A stretch of 64,000 nucleotides of DNA from Azolla caroliniana. Taxonomy: Eukaryota > Plantae > Polypodiophyta. Position numbers and translations under genes: made by a program. How positions within the stretch are numbered: the stretch's first letter is position 1; the number at the start of each line of letters is the position of its first letter. Where the stretch lies: assembly GCA_043228905.1 (NCBI GenBank), contig JBHGNT010000004.1:19220001-19284000 (forward strand). Direction: 5' to 3'. Below are positions 1 to 11,199 of the stretch, piece after piece. The notes beneath the pieces were generated by a model. The model was not told the DNA's origin and made no database searches. It was given only the letters and a program-made list of their open reading frames with translations.

Positions 1-434
1 ATATTCGTAAATATGTTTCTGAGAGCCCATCGAGGCTATATTTGTAAATAGCCTAAAAGTCATATCAGTATAAATATGACTTAGGGCAAACATGTGTATG
101 TGTTGTTGTTATTTTCTTGTTGGTGCAAGAAGAAGAGAGAGGATGTAACGTTGTATAGAGAGAGAGAGAGAGAAAGAGGCCGTTGCCTGTGTTGTAACTG
201 CCGCCTGTGGCGAAGATCGTGAGCACGAGGTCGTTGCCTCCGTGAACTCACTGTTTTGTACATTCCAACATAGTGATAGTTTGCAGCCTGTGGGCTGCCG
301 TGGTTTTTCCCTCTTTGGGTTTTCCACGTAAACATTCTGTGTACCTTTTCTCTCCTTTGTGTCGCGTGTTTTTCCCGTTTCCTGTTTTTCTGTGTATGAA
401 AAGAATCTCGGTTGTGGCCGAGCGGTGTGCATAA
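1..434 (+). mobile_element. 3' part of a Ty1/copia LTR, related to the LTRs at 49660-50317 and 54432-55089
   Basis: Shares gaggctatatttgtaaatagcc, tataaatatgacttagggcaaaca, gggttttccacgtaaa and tcggttgtggccgagc with that LTR. Ends tgcataa (vs tgcaaca). No PBS follows. Confidence 0.85.
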
Positions 435-1880
435 GGAGCGTTTGAGTTCCCGTCAATACCGGACATCTTGTGCCGGCCGGTAGCGCTCCTCTTGCCACCA
501 ACGTTCTTCTTCTTCCTCCTAGTTGCTTCGTGGTTCAATTTGCCAAACCGGTGGTGCTTGCCGATTTAACAAGTTATACTCACATCGTTCCATTGTGTGA
601 CTTCTAGAGTGGTAGAGTAAGCATTGGGAACACATGGTGCATTCCAGTGCCGAATGTCCGGCATTCAGGCATGTCGTACATTGAACTGCTTGCCGGAAAT
701 GGAGGTCCTCATCTGTCGATAGTGCACGCTGAAGTGCGGCCATGGTTAGCCATGAACTTGAGTTTTCCATTTCCTGAACTCGGTCGATCACTTGATCTAT
801 GCTGCTCGTGCGGAAATCAATGACGGTGCACACCGTTCATGAGGGTTCCTGGAGTGCTGCTAAGAATATAGCCTTTGTTTCTTCCTCCGGTGGTGTCCAG
901 CTGAGCTGACTGTGGATCCGCTAGAACCGGATGACAAACTGTTGAATGTTCTCCGTTGGCTCCTACCGGATACTGTAAAATAAGCCTACCATTTCCCGTT
1001 GGTCCATCTCCTTGTGAAAGAAATGCAAATTTTTTGTCTTTAATGTTTCAAATGTGGGGATGGTGCTGGGATCTTGTGTTTGGTGTTATCCGGCGGCCGG
1101 TCCCTCCAAGGTCATGTTGAACTCTGCCCTTTTTGAGCGTTCCTCTTCGGCTGCATTTAAGCGTTGGGACACATGGTTTGCCTCCCAGGTTTGTTGAAAC
1201 GCATGGATGTGGGCTTCCGCGTTCAGATCATCCCGGTATCTAGGATATTGGAACGGTATATCGTCGTTTGGTGTTGGTACTCTTTCCTCCTCCTCTGTCA
1301 GTGTCGGAGGTCTGTCCCGCTCCTCTGTCGGTGTTGGAGGTCTCTCCTTCGCGACTTCTGGTGTCAGAGGTCTCTCGTCCTCGACTTCTGGTTCTGGTTC
1401 CGGAGTGTGTTTGACTTCTGGTGCCGGAGGTTCCAACGTTGTCAATTCTGGTTCCGGTGTCAACAAATTATCTGACTCCTCGTCCTCCGGTCCGTCTGGG
1501 GTGTCGTTATTGTTGCGGTAGTTCGTCTGCGCACTGTATTCCCCATTCGAACCCGATTCAAATGCTGAAAATGCTTTGGATTCTCCTTCGCCCGCTACCA
1601 ATACCTGGAGAAGGGATTCCGCTTCCCGGAGGCTGCTTACACTGCTTCCTTCGTCCGTGCAATCGTCTTGTTGTAAACGAAGTGACTCCTTGGCCACTCT
1701 CCAGATCACTTTGGAAAATGAGCGATCCGCTTTGATTTCTTTTGTTGCTTGCTGGAAAGCCTCTCGCTTCCTCAACCGTTTAGCAAGTCTCCTTGCTCAC
1801 TCCGTAACCGGGTCGTTCGTTGGTCTATTCATCCATTCCCGCCGATGTTCGCTGCGATTGTGCAGGAATCGTAGTCGCCA
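435..1880 (-). pseudogene. Degenerate gag of a non-chromoviral Ty3/gypsy with zinc knuckles
   Basis: FQYPRYRDDLNAEAHIHAF..TWE.NH and FRQAVQCTTCLNAGHS.LEC...CEYNLLN match the gag at 43068-43859. Stops present. PBS-like TGGCGACT at 1873-1880 (-). Confidence 0.85.
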
Positions 1881-1887
1881 AAAACTG

Positions 1888-2337
1888 TGTTAATCCTTAG
1901 GGCCGGACAATGGCCTAACATAGGGTGTCTACGGAAGACACTTCACCAAAGGGGTGTTACAATGAGATAACTTAAGACACAATGATTAATCCGACTTAAT
2001 TGGCTACTTAGCAATATGGCATTCACGTAATACACGCGTAAGATATAACAATTAATACAGAACGGTAATCAATACGTGAAGATAAAACAAGAAGCTTATA
2101 TTAATTCTCCGTTAAAGTTTTACATTGTAACTGGGCCTTTATATAGGTCACCGGTGATGCGTACAAAACGGTGCCAACCGGGACCTGTTCGGAACCGGTC
2201 CGGATCCGGATCGGCATACCGATTCCGGTCCGTCCGTTTACTACTTAATTATAATCTATTCTACTTAATTAAAATAGATTCTGAATAACAATCCCTTTCA
2301 CATTCTGGTCTTTAACTCCTTTGCCGGCCGGGTAACA
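1888..2337 (-). mobile_element. 5' LTR of the non-chromoviral gypsy (same family as 61043-61488)
   Basis: TGTTA..TAACA termini, TATA (cctatataaagg) on the minus strand, PBS-like site and gag to its left, clear similarity to 61043-61488. Confidence 0.88.
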
Positions 2338-4528
2338 GTCTTCCATTCATCTCCTAGTCGGATCATTACGAGGTTATACGCTTCCCCCCGTAAGTCGATC
2401 TTCGTGAAGAACCTACCACCATTGATCCGTTCTACAAGACTTGAGATAAGGGGAAGTGTATACCTATTTCTGATTGTAACCTTATTCAAGCCGCGATAAT
2501 CTACAACGAGACGAAGTGATCCATCCTTTTTCTTGACGAAGAAAATGGGTGCACCGGCTAGAGATTTCGAATGCCAAATGAAACCATTTTCCAAATTCTC
2601 CTCGATATAGGCTCGCAAGACTTCTAGCTCGGTTGGTGACAAATTGTAGATCGGTCCCCATGGTGGCTCTTTCCCCGGTTGTAAATCAATGGGGCAATCA
2701 TACGGTCGATGGTGAGGAAGCGTATTGGCTTGTACTTTATCGAACACATCGGCATAATGATGATACTTCTTTGGAAGTTGAACGGTGGACTCCTCTTTAA
2801 TGGTCTCTGAGGGCTTTACTGATATTGCAAAGAGAAATATTTCTTCCTTGCGTCCTTCTTCCCGCAACTGATGTAGCGAAATGGTTGCAATCTCATGAGT
2901 AGACCCTCGGGCTTTTCGATACCGGATTTCTCTTGTTCTCCAATCTATGTCTGGGTTATGTATTTCGAACCATGGTAATCCTAAAACAATGGGGTGTTCT
3001 GGGATGCTAATTATATTAAATGATACTACACATGCTAGATTATCTAGGACAATATTAACGGGCTCTGACTCTTCTATGATATTTCCGGAAGCAATGGGAC
3101 GACCATCAATGACTACTACAGAGGCTAGACACGGGAGTTTTCTGAGTGATATCTGATGAGCTTGGGCAAAGTTCCTATCCATGAAGCAAGAATTAGCTCT
3201 GAAATCTAGAAGTGCTAAGACATGTACTGGAGGGGTACTTTTAGTACTAACTGTTAGTTGGGCTACGAACACATTGCTAACTTGGTTAGAGGGAATGGAA
3301 CCACTAATGGGCTACACAGATCTAGGGCTGTCCAACCAAACGGCTCCTATTTTGACATCCAATTTGTTCGCTAGATTTGGGCTATTAGTACTATTAGGAC
3401 TATCAAATATCCCTACTGAAATAGACTTGGGTTTAGTACAATGAGAACTAGTAACTATTTGGTTTACCTGCCTTCTTGGCCTATGGGGACAGTTTACCGC
3501 GATATGCCCTGGTCCACCGCAATAAAGACATAGTCAGTTTGCTCGGCGTCATTGCTTTTCTTCTTCCAACAACAGTCCACGACGACTTGTGGTGTCAATT
3601 TCCATCGGAGTTGGAGTACTTACTGGAGGCGCATTATATGACTCCCTTAGAAAAGGTTTCGCTACCACTGAGGCATAGGTAGGTCAGATCTTGCCCTTGG
3701 CATCTGGAACTGACATTCTGAACGTCGTTGGAAGAGGCGATTGTCGCATCTCACTGCGCGACTGATTGGTTCTGTTAATGACTTTGGTTCTTCGGGAAAG
3801 GTCAAGAGTAAATTTTTGACATTGTTACGTAGACCATAACGAAATTGCTCCATTAACGCTTGATCATCCCATGGGATATCGGAGGCGAGTAGATGAAAAT
3901 CTGCAACGTATGCGGAGGCTGGACAATCGCTATGATGTAGTCGTTGGATTTTGTTGATTGTTGTCCTTATGCTGTCAGTATCTCCAAAACAGGCTTTAAA
4001 CTCACTTATAAATTCTTCAAAATTGTTTAGTAATGGAGATTCTTTTTCTAACAGTAGAGTGAACCATGCCAACGTTGAGCCACTTAACAACGTGCCTACT
4101 AAACCCACTCGTGATGCATCAGTGGGATATCAGGAAGGATGCATTTGAATAACTAGTTGTACCTGATTAAGGAACCCTCTAAACTACGATCACATTCCAT
4201 CGAATTTCATGGGAAGGCCGATCTTGGGTTCTTTATGAATCCCTTGTGTTTCGGGTCCTTGTTGTTGCATCGTTACGATGGTTGCTTTGAGTTATTGCAC
4301 ACGTAACGTCAGCTCCCAGTGTTGTTGTTGTTTTTCCAACGCTATTTGTTGAAAATCCCCCACCAAACAGTGATTTTCTTGTTCTAGTGCTACAAATTTC
4401 TCCTTTAAGCATTGGAGCTCCAAGAAAACATATTGGTCTTCTTGAGCGCTAACAGTTTCCATTTTACTAGGGAGGATAAGAGGATTAGTATGAAAGGAAG
4501 AAAGGGGTAAGAAGATGTGGGAAACCAA
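2338..4528 (-). pseudogene. Chromovirus-type (Tcn1-like) gag-protease-RT N-terminus, cut by the LTR at 2337
   Basis: Gag 3662-4108, CLYCGGPGHIAVNCP at ~3485-3530, protease LLDFRANSCF (decayed DSGA), RT HRPYDCPIDL, APIFFVKKKDGSLRLVVDYRGLN, FTKIDLRG. Confidence 0.9.
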
Positions 4529-4552
4529 AAAGAAGACCGGAAAAAGGGGATA

Positions 4553-5025
4553 TGTAAGAAGATAAAAGGAAGAGGAAGAAAAGAGGAGACAGAAGGAGAA
4601 CGGAAAATCAGTTCAAACTATTAGGATAAGTACTAAGACAGAGAAGGAATTAGTACTAAAAGATGAGTATTAGTACTAAGAGACGTGTAGAACTCTCGAG
4701 AGAAGGAAAGAGTGAGCGAGAGAGAGATAGAGAGAGAGAGAAAGGGTGAGAGAATGATGATAAAAGATATATATTATGTGAAGAGAGTATACAATAGTAG
4801 CTAGAAGGCTTAAGACTGGCGTTGAACCGATTTGGTTCGAAATAATGCCTTGTGCCTCCCTTTATAGTGTTCTTAGGAGTACTCCTAATGTTTCTAGAAG
4901 GTTCCAGAGAAATCTGGAATATAGATCAATTTTCTATAATAAAACATAAATGAAAATAATATTCTACGTATTATAATGTATGGTCTAATGGTCAAGAGCT
5001 CGACCCATGTAGCCATATCATGACA
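4553..5025 (-). mobile_element. 5' LTR of the Tcn1-like chromovirus
   Basis: Starts TGTCATG like the LTRs at 47987 and 60584, TATA ctataaaggg, CT-rich U5, likely ends cttACA at 4553 (473 bp, similar to relatives). Confidence 0.7.
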
Positions 5026-5372
5026 ACGGGGAGGCATAGGGGGTTGAACACGATAATGTGGTTGATGTGTATGTGTATGATTGTGTGAGGATGAGTATGT
5101 GTATGAACACATGCACATTTATGTGCATGTGTACAAAAGTGAGAGAGTGGGTCAGTAATGTAACTCCCTGCTTGTCTCATTCTTTTGTAAGGGTACCTCA
5201 TGTACTATATAAACCCCTTATGGGGCATGTAATGGACATAGAATTTTCCCCTCATTTTGTTGTGTGTTCCTTTGTTTCATTCTCCTTCTCTCTCTCTCTC
5301 TCTCTCTCTCTATCGTAACCCCTTTGGGAGGGGGGTGGAGCGGTTCTTGGCTTCACCCCCCACCCATTAACA
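5026..5372 (+). mobile_element. 3' part of an unrelated LTR
   Basis: TATA tatataaacccc, (CT)n tract, ends ttaaCA directly before copia RT codons. Confidence 0.5.
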
Positions 5373-5949
5373 CAAGATCCCCTATGCCTCAACAATCGGA
5401 AGCCTGATGTATGCAATGGTGTGCACAAGGCCGAACATTGCTTATGTTGTTGGAGTGGTCAGCCGGTTCATGAGCAATCCCGACAAAGAACATTGGGTTG
5501 TGGTAAAGTGGATACTCGGTACCTAAGAGGGACCTCAAGCATGTGTCTCTGATTCGGCTTAGGTAACCCCGTGCAGGAAAGGTTCACAAATTCCAACATG
5601 TCGGATGATGTAGATATCAGTCGGTCCACGTTTGGATACGTGATGGTGTTTGTAGGGGGAGCCGTTTTGTGGTAGTCAAGGTTGCAGATGGTTGCGGCTT
5701 TGTCGTTCATAGAAGCGAAGTATATTCGTGTTGTCGAAGCCAACAAGGAAATCATTTGGATGAGAGATTTTATTAGTGAGCTGGAAATGCAGCAAGAACA
5801 ATACCAACTATAGTGTGACAATCAAAATGTCATCCACCTTGCTAAGAATACCGCCTACCGCTCCAAAACTAAGCATATCCAAAGGAGATATCATTGGCTT
5901 AGAGAGAGGGTAGAAGAAAGGAATTTTACCCTAATGAAGATCCGCACGG
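5373..5949 (+). pseudogene. Copia RT/RNase H C-terminal fragment
   Basis: IPYAS.IGSLMYAMVCTRP, KWILRYLRG, KHIQRRYHWLRE, collinear with 53750-54320, with stops. Confidence 0.9.
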
Positions 5950-6537
5950 TGTCGTGAAGATTTCAGGCCACAGTGAGAGATCAGAGAATATTGGAAGAAT
6001 CGGCGGGGTGGAGCATGTGCACTCACCCTTGTACAAATCGTGTAAATGATAGGTGGACAGTAGTTAATTTAGGATAGAGGATCCCATGTAATATGGGATT
6101 TATCCCACATTGTTATGCATCCCTCTCCTTGTTCTATAAAAGGAAGGGAGCGCCCTTTGTGAAAGGGTTGCACATTTTGTGTTAGGGGGTATACCGTTAG
6201 ATTAGGGTTAGGCGGTTTTAACTTGGTCGTTTCTTTTTCTTCTTCTTCTTCCTCATCGTGAGGGTTGAGAGTTCGTGTTTGTTTAGGGTTTTCTTCTGCT
6301 TGGTCTCCTGTGCAAGACCCCGCTCAACGCGACGAGCCCGTGAGCTCCCCGATCGGCGGCTTGGCAGCAGACTGCTGATGTAACCTACCTTGGTCCGGCT
6401 TGAAGCCGGGGTTGTATTCTTTCCCTTGTAATATATGTACTCATAACTGTTTGTGCATATTGGTGTATTTGGCAGTGTCGAGAGCACAACCCCTTGTTTC
6501 TTGTGCGTAAGAGTCGGTGCCACGCGTGCATGCTTTC

Positions 6538-6583
<46 letters not shown>

Positions 6584-7690
6584 TTCGGCTACCTCCGGGC
6601 CGTGTCTGGAGTCGGTTTTCTTATCTCTCGAGCTCCCTCGTCCGAGTCCCCCTGTGGTCCCGCCCCCTTTCTACATGCACACGCATAACAACGCGACATA
6701 TTTGGTGAACCCAACGTGAAGGGCGGCAAGGGAGAATGGAGTTAGAAGAAGACGACTTCGCACGACTTTTTGTCGAAGCGGTGAGGGAGTTTGGACGAGT
6801 AACAGCAAGAAGGGAGATGGCACAACAAGCTGTTGAGTGAGTGGTCGAAAGAGTCGGCCGTTTCAACGGGGACAAAGTCCCATTCTACTTGGAAGAATAC
6901 AACACGGAAATGGAAGAGCGAGGTGTAGATGAGGCGTTGAGGCTGGGGTTCTTCTGTCGGGTCATCGCCGTCCGCATGCATGCGGAAGTGAAGGAGCTCC
7001 GAGAAGCTCATAGTTCGTGGGAAGCCTTTGAAGAGGCGCTCCTGTAGGCATATGGAGGACGGCGGAAGAGCCGGGGACGACGCGGCTTCGACCAGTGGGT
7101 AGCATCGGCGAAGACCCACCAGGGCACAACGAAGGCGTTCCGAGAGTTCGAGCGACTGCTTGCTCGGCTCCTCGAGCGGGAGCAAGGTTTGGTGGGGGCG
7201 GACAAAGTCCTGTTGTTCGTTAGGTCGATTGACCGAGCAGAACCGGAGGCCATCGCGATTGAGCTCAAAGACGTGGACGGAGCGAATGGCCTTACGGAGA
7301 ACTGGTCGAAGGTCGGAAGGGTATGCCAATGGCAAGATGACGAGCGAGCCGAGAAGGCTAAGAGGAAGGCGTGCGACGGTGTGCCATCATGGCGGGAAGA
7401 GGCCGAATGGCAAAGAGAGTCAGCAAGGCTCGGTGTCGGGGCCAGGATTGCGGAGGCGTACGCAGCTCTCGAGGCAATGCTCAAGGAAGAGGAAAGACCG
7501 AGGCCGCGAGCCGACGCCGAGGAGATGAGCTTGCCTCACGAGATGGCAGAAGATCGGTACGATGGTACCACGGGAGAGGGTGCAGAACAAAACGCCCTCT
7601 TGGATTGCGGAGATAGAACGGCCGAGGACAAGGCCAAGATACTGATCGCAGAGTCGGAACGTTGGGACCGGCTGTTTCGGGCACGATAGC
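5950..7690 (+). mobile_element. Gypsy 5' LTR (5950-6698), tRNA-Trp PBS (6703-6720) and decayed gag
   Basis: TGTCGTG..CGCGACA termini. PBS TGGTGAACCCaACGTGAA complements the plant tRNA-Trp 3' end as I recall it (one mismatch). Gag VGRFNGDKVPFYL and DKVLLFVRSID resemble the gag at 48462-48978. Confidence 0.82.
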
Positions 7691-7904
7691 CCGAGGCTCC
7701 GGACATTGGGGAAGCAAGCCTAGGCAAGGCTTACACGATCGGTAAAGGGACGACCACCGACCACGACAAGCCGATGGCTACGGACAAGGGCGTAAAACGG
7801 ACGGGCGATTCTTCGCGTCTTCCCACACTTGCTCCCGAGACGATGGCAGTTGGGCCCGAGTGCCCACGTGAGTCCCAAGAGGGGGAAGGCGGTGGCGTGA
7901 GACC

Positions 7905-8438
7905 GAGGATCACCGGCGAGATGATACGAGGAAGGAACGGACAAAAGCTCACTCACTCTCTCTCTCTCATACACACACATAACTCACATCTCTTCCGCTT
8001 CACAAGAATCATATCCAATTCTTTACATCAGCCAGAGATATGGCTGACTTGGTTGCTCGTTCATATTCCTTATGGACTTCTACTAGTGCCTCATGTAAAG
8101 GAGGCATCTAGATGGCTTCTCCCCTATTTTTTGCGTTGCGCTGTTGGCTGATTCGGTTGACTTCCTGTTGTGAGGATCACCGGCGAGATGATACGAGGAA
8201 GGAACGGACAAAAGCTCACTCACTCTCTCTCTCTCATACACACACATAACTCACATCTCTTCCGCTTCACAAGAATCATATCCAATTCTTTACATCAGCC
8301 AGAGATATGGCTGACTTGGTTGCTCGTTCATATTCCTTATGGACTTCTACTAGTGCCTCATGTAAAGGAGGCATCTAGATGGCTTCTCCCCTATTTTTTG
8401 CGTTGCGCTGTTGGCTGATTCGGTTGACTTCCTGTTGT
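7905..8438. repeat. 267-bp tandem duplication (7905-8171, 8172-8438)
   Basis: Both copies run gaggatcaccggcgag...ttcctgttgt and appear identical. Confidence 0.92.
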
Positions 8439-9272
8439 TCTTCTGGCTCCACAACACCAATCAATGATTTTTGGAACATGATTCGATCCTTGTGTTCTTG
8501 TGCCATTCTTTCTGACACTTCCTGTAATCTATGTGCTAACCATAGGAGATACCAAATTGTAGAATGGCTGCTAGCTCATGCGTCGCTGGAGGTATTTCAG
8601 GAAAGCCCACTGCTTCTTGAGGGCATGTGACTGATGATTTTCCTTTTTCAATCCAACTCGTGTCTTCTGGGTTGACCCGAGTCTCCGATCAAGGTTGTTC
8701 ATCTGTTCTTTGCTTCTTCTTTAGAGATTCTTCTTGCTCATCCTATTGAAATCTTTGTGACTTTTGTTTTGCTCGACACACCCTTTCTCCAATTGTTTGA
8801 ATCAAAACTTGCCCTGGTGTCGGTGTTGGTTGTTCGGTGCTTGAGCTTGGTGGAGTTGATATTAGGGTTGGGTTTGGAGCTGGGGTTGTAGGTGGAATTG
8901 ATGTTGGCCTAGGAGACTGTGTTGTCAGAATAGGTGAGGCCGCAGATTCCTGTTGTCAGATTGGTTCAGACTGATTGCCCTCGATAGGTGTCGATTCGGA
9001 TTCGTGCCATTCTTCTCTTGGCACTTGCTACTTGGCCCAGTGTACCGACTGTTTCCTTGCCGGCGTTGGCTCGTTTTGTCGATTTTCCGAACTTGATGTC
9101 AGATATAGAACGGCCAACCATTGAGCAAAGATGGTCTTCATCGGTTTTCCTTTCTGTACCGTCGTTAGCTGCTCCCGAAGTGCGTCGGCTGTTAAGAGGC
9201 CCCAATAAAAAAATTCCCCTTCATACGTTGCTATAATAAATCCTGCTTGTTTTTTCGGCATACAATAAAACC
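7950..9272 (-). pseudogene. Distal part of the extra 3' ORF of the gypsy at 38017-44539
   Basis: RFYCMPKKQAGF...WGLLTADALREQL...KGKPMKTIFAQWLAVLY resembles EGRKIWHAVAQWLTLLA at ~63955-64000 and plausibly continues from ...FLLEIAF at ~38020. Confidence 0.6.
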
Positions 9273-9448
9273 TAGTAGTTGTTGGCCGTATGGCCTAAGC
9301 AAGGAGTGCGAGCGTATAACCTTCGACGGTTGAATAGTTAGGTTAAATAGTATGGTACCTAAAGAATAATATAAAAGAGAATAGTAGGGGAGGAGAAGAG
9401 AGAGAGAGAGAGAGAGAGAGAATTCAAATTTCAATTTATGTAAGAAAA

Positions 9449-9501
9449 GGTCTTTTGGCAAACATGTTTTGCTCTATATGAGCTCATCAATGCTAAAGAC
9501 C
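9449..9501 (-). ncRNA. Type I hammerhead ribozyme, decayed copy in the 3' pLTR
   Basis: GGTCTTTAGCA-tTGATGA-GCTC ATATA GAGC-aAAA-CATG-TT-TGCCAAAAGACC; stems I and II pair, two core substitutions. Confidence 0.8.
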
Positions 9502-10038
9502 ATATACAAAAATGTGAGAGGCTTATATAAGGGAAGATGAAAGAAGAGAGAAGGGGAGTGGTGGGAATGGATAAGAGGGAGAGAGGGGTTTTGAATGTGT
9601 ATAAATGAGGATGTGGGAGTTAGGGAGGTAGTGAATGTAGAGAGGGATACCCTAATGAGTTTGATGGGAAGGGATGATTTGGGGATCTATTATATTTAGT
9701 TCTAATAGATAGATAACAATACATAATAAGTGTGATGTTTTAATGGGGATTTGGGGATCTAATATATTTAGTTTTGACTAGATAAGAATAGAGTGATTTG
9801 GACTTGGTGCAACATATGAAAGGCTTAGGAATGTCTTTTAGTTGGGGATGTAGGCTATGGTTGGCGTGTAAGTCTTGTAAAAACGAGTGGATGCCTAATT
9901 TAGGGGAGATTTTAGAGTACTTAAGCTTGAATATGGTAGGTGTAAGGGAATATTTGTTTTTATGCTTATGGATGAGAGTATTCCTAAGGAAGAAATGATG
10001 TTTTTTAAAGGCTTTAAGGATGAAATGGGGTGGGTAAC

Positions 10039-10796
10039 TGTGAAAGTGTTTTTAGAATTCAAGCCTTAGAACATTAGGAGAATATAAGGTATGGAGCATT
10101 CGCATTTCGAGGCAAAGAATAGGAACCAATATCTTAAGAAGAAGTGTAAAAGTAAGAGACAAAGAGAAAAGTAAAAAGAGAAAAAGCGGGCCACCTAAAA
10201 ACAATCTAAAACGAATGGTCATAACTCTCTCGTTTGAAAGCCAAATATCATGTGCAAATATTGGTTAAAAAGCTCACAATGAGAGCTATTGGTAGATTTT
10301 TAAATCTCTAAATTTGGAGCTCGGATGAGGGAGATATGAGGATGAGAAGATCGCTACGTCGAAGCTAAAAATAGGAGATAAAAAGCTTCTAAAAAAAGCG
10401 TGAACGAGAACGAAGAACAAGATTATAATAGAAGGGACAAAGAGGGAGGAGTAGGAAGAGGGGGTCCTAATAGAGGAGGAGTCTTAGGAAGAGGTGTCTT
10501 AGTGGAAGAGGAAGGGTCTTAGTAGTGGGTTTGAGTGATTGGAAGTAAGAAGGTCTTTGGTTTTTTAGTTCAATGTGGAGTTTATCTCCTTTGTGCGGTC
10601 TTGATAATTGAATATTATAACATTCTTACCCCTTTCTCATCTTCTCTATCTTTTGTGTTAGTTTCTTGAGTCTCCCTCTCTAATTCATAGTTACCTTGGT
10701 CGTTATAATCTATTTTAATTCACAACTCTCTCTAATTTGCTTGGTCAAGCCCTCATATTGTGTATGACAATCCTTTGTCTTATACACCCTATCATA
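10039..10796. mobile_element. Solo LTR inserted at the PLE RGYP codons
   Basis: TGTGAAAG..ATCATA ends, flanks taac/tacc (4-bp TSD, one mismatch); removal approximately rejoins FFLR..G-YPPHF. Confidence 0.6.
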
Positions 10797-11199
10797 TACC
10801 CTCAGCTAATGACTCTAAGGAAGAAACATTTTTTCATTTCTAGGTACCCTATAGGTGTGCTTTCTCTAACTAGGTAGCCTTTTAATTCGTTCGAAATAAA
10901 ATTTTGTTTGACATATATGGGATGATCTGAAGAGAAGGGAAGATATTGATAGGAATTTAATGGTTTTTGGAAACAATTGAAGGACAACTTAGAGTTCTCT
11001 AGATTGATCCAAATATCGAAGAAAGGGAGCCTAGTGGGGGACGTATGGATCGTAAGTTTAATAGAGTTATTGGTCATAAGGCTATAGAAACTGAGGTAGT
11101 CTAAGAGTTGGGGTTTCGTACCTGTCCAAACCCCGAATGCATCATCTATGTACACCCCATCTCTTCTTACTTCCAATCACTCAAACCCATGGAAGAGAT

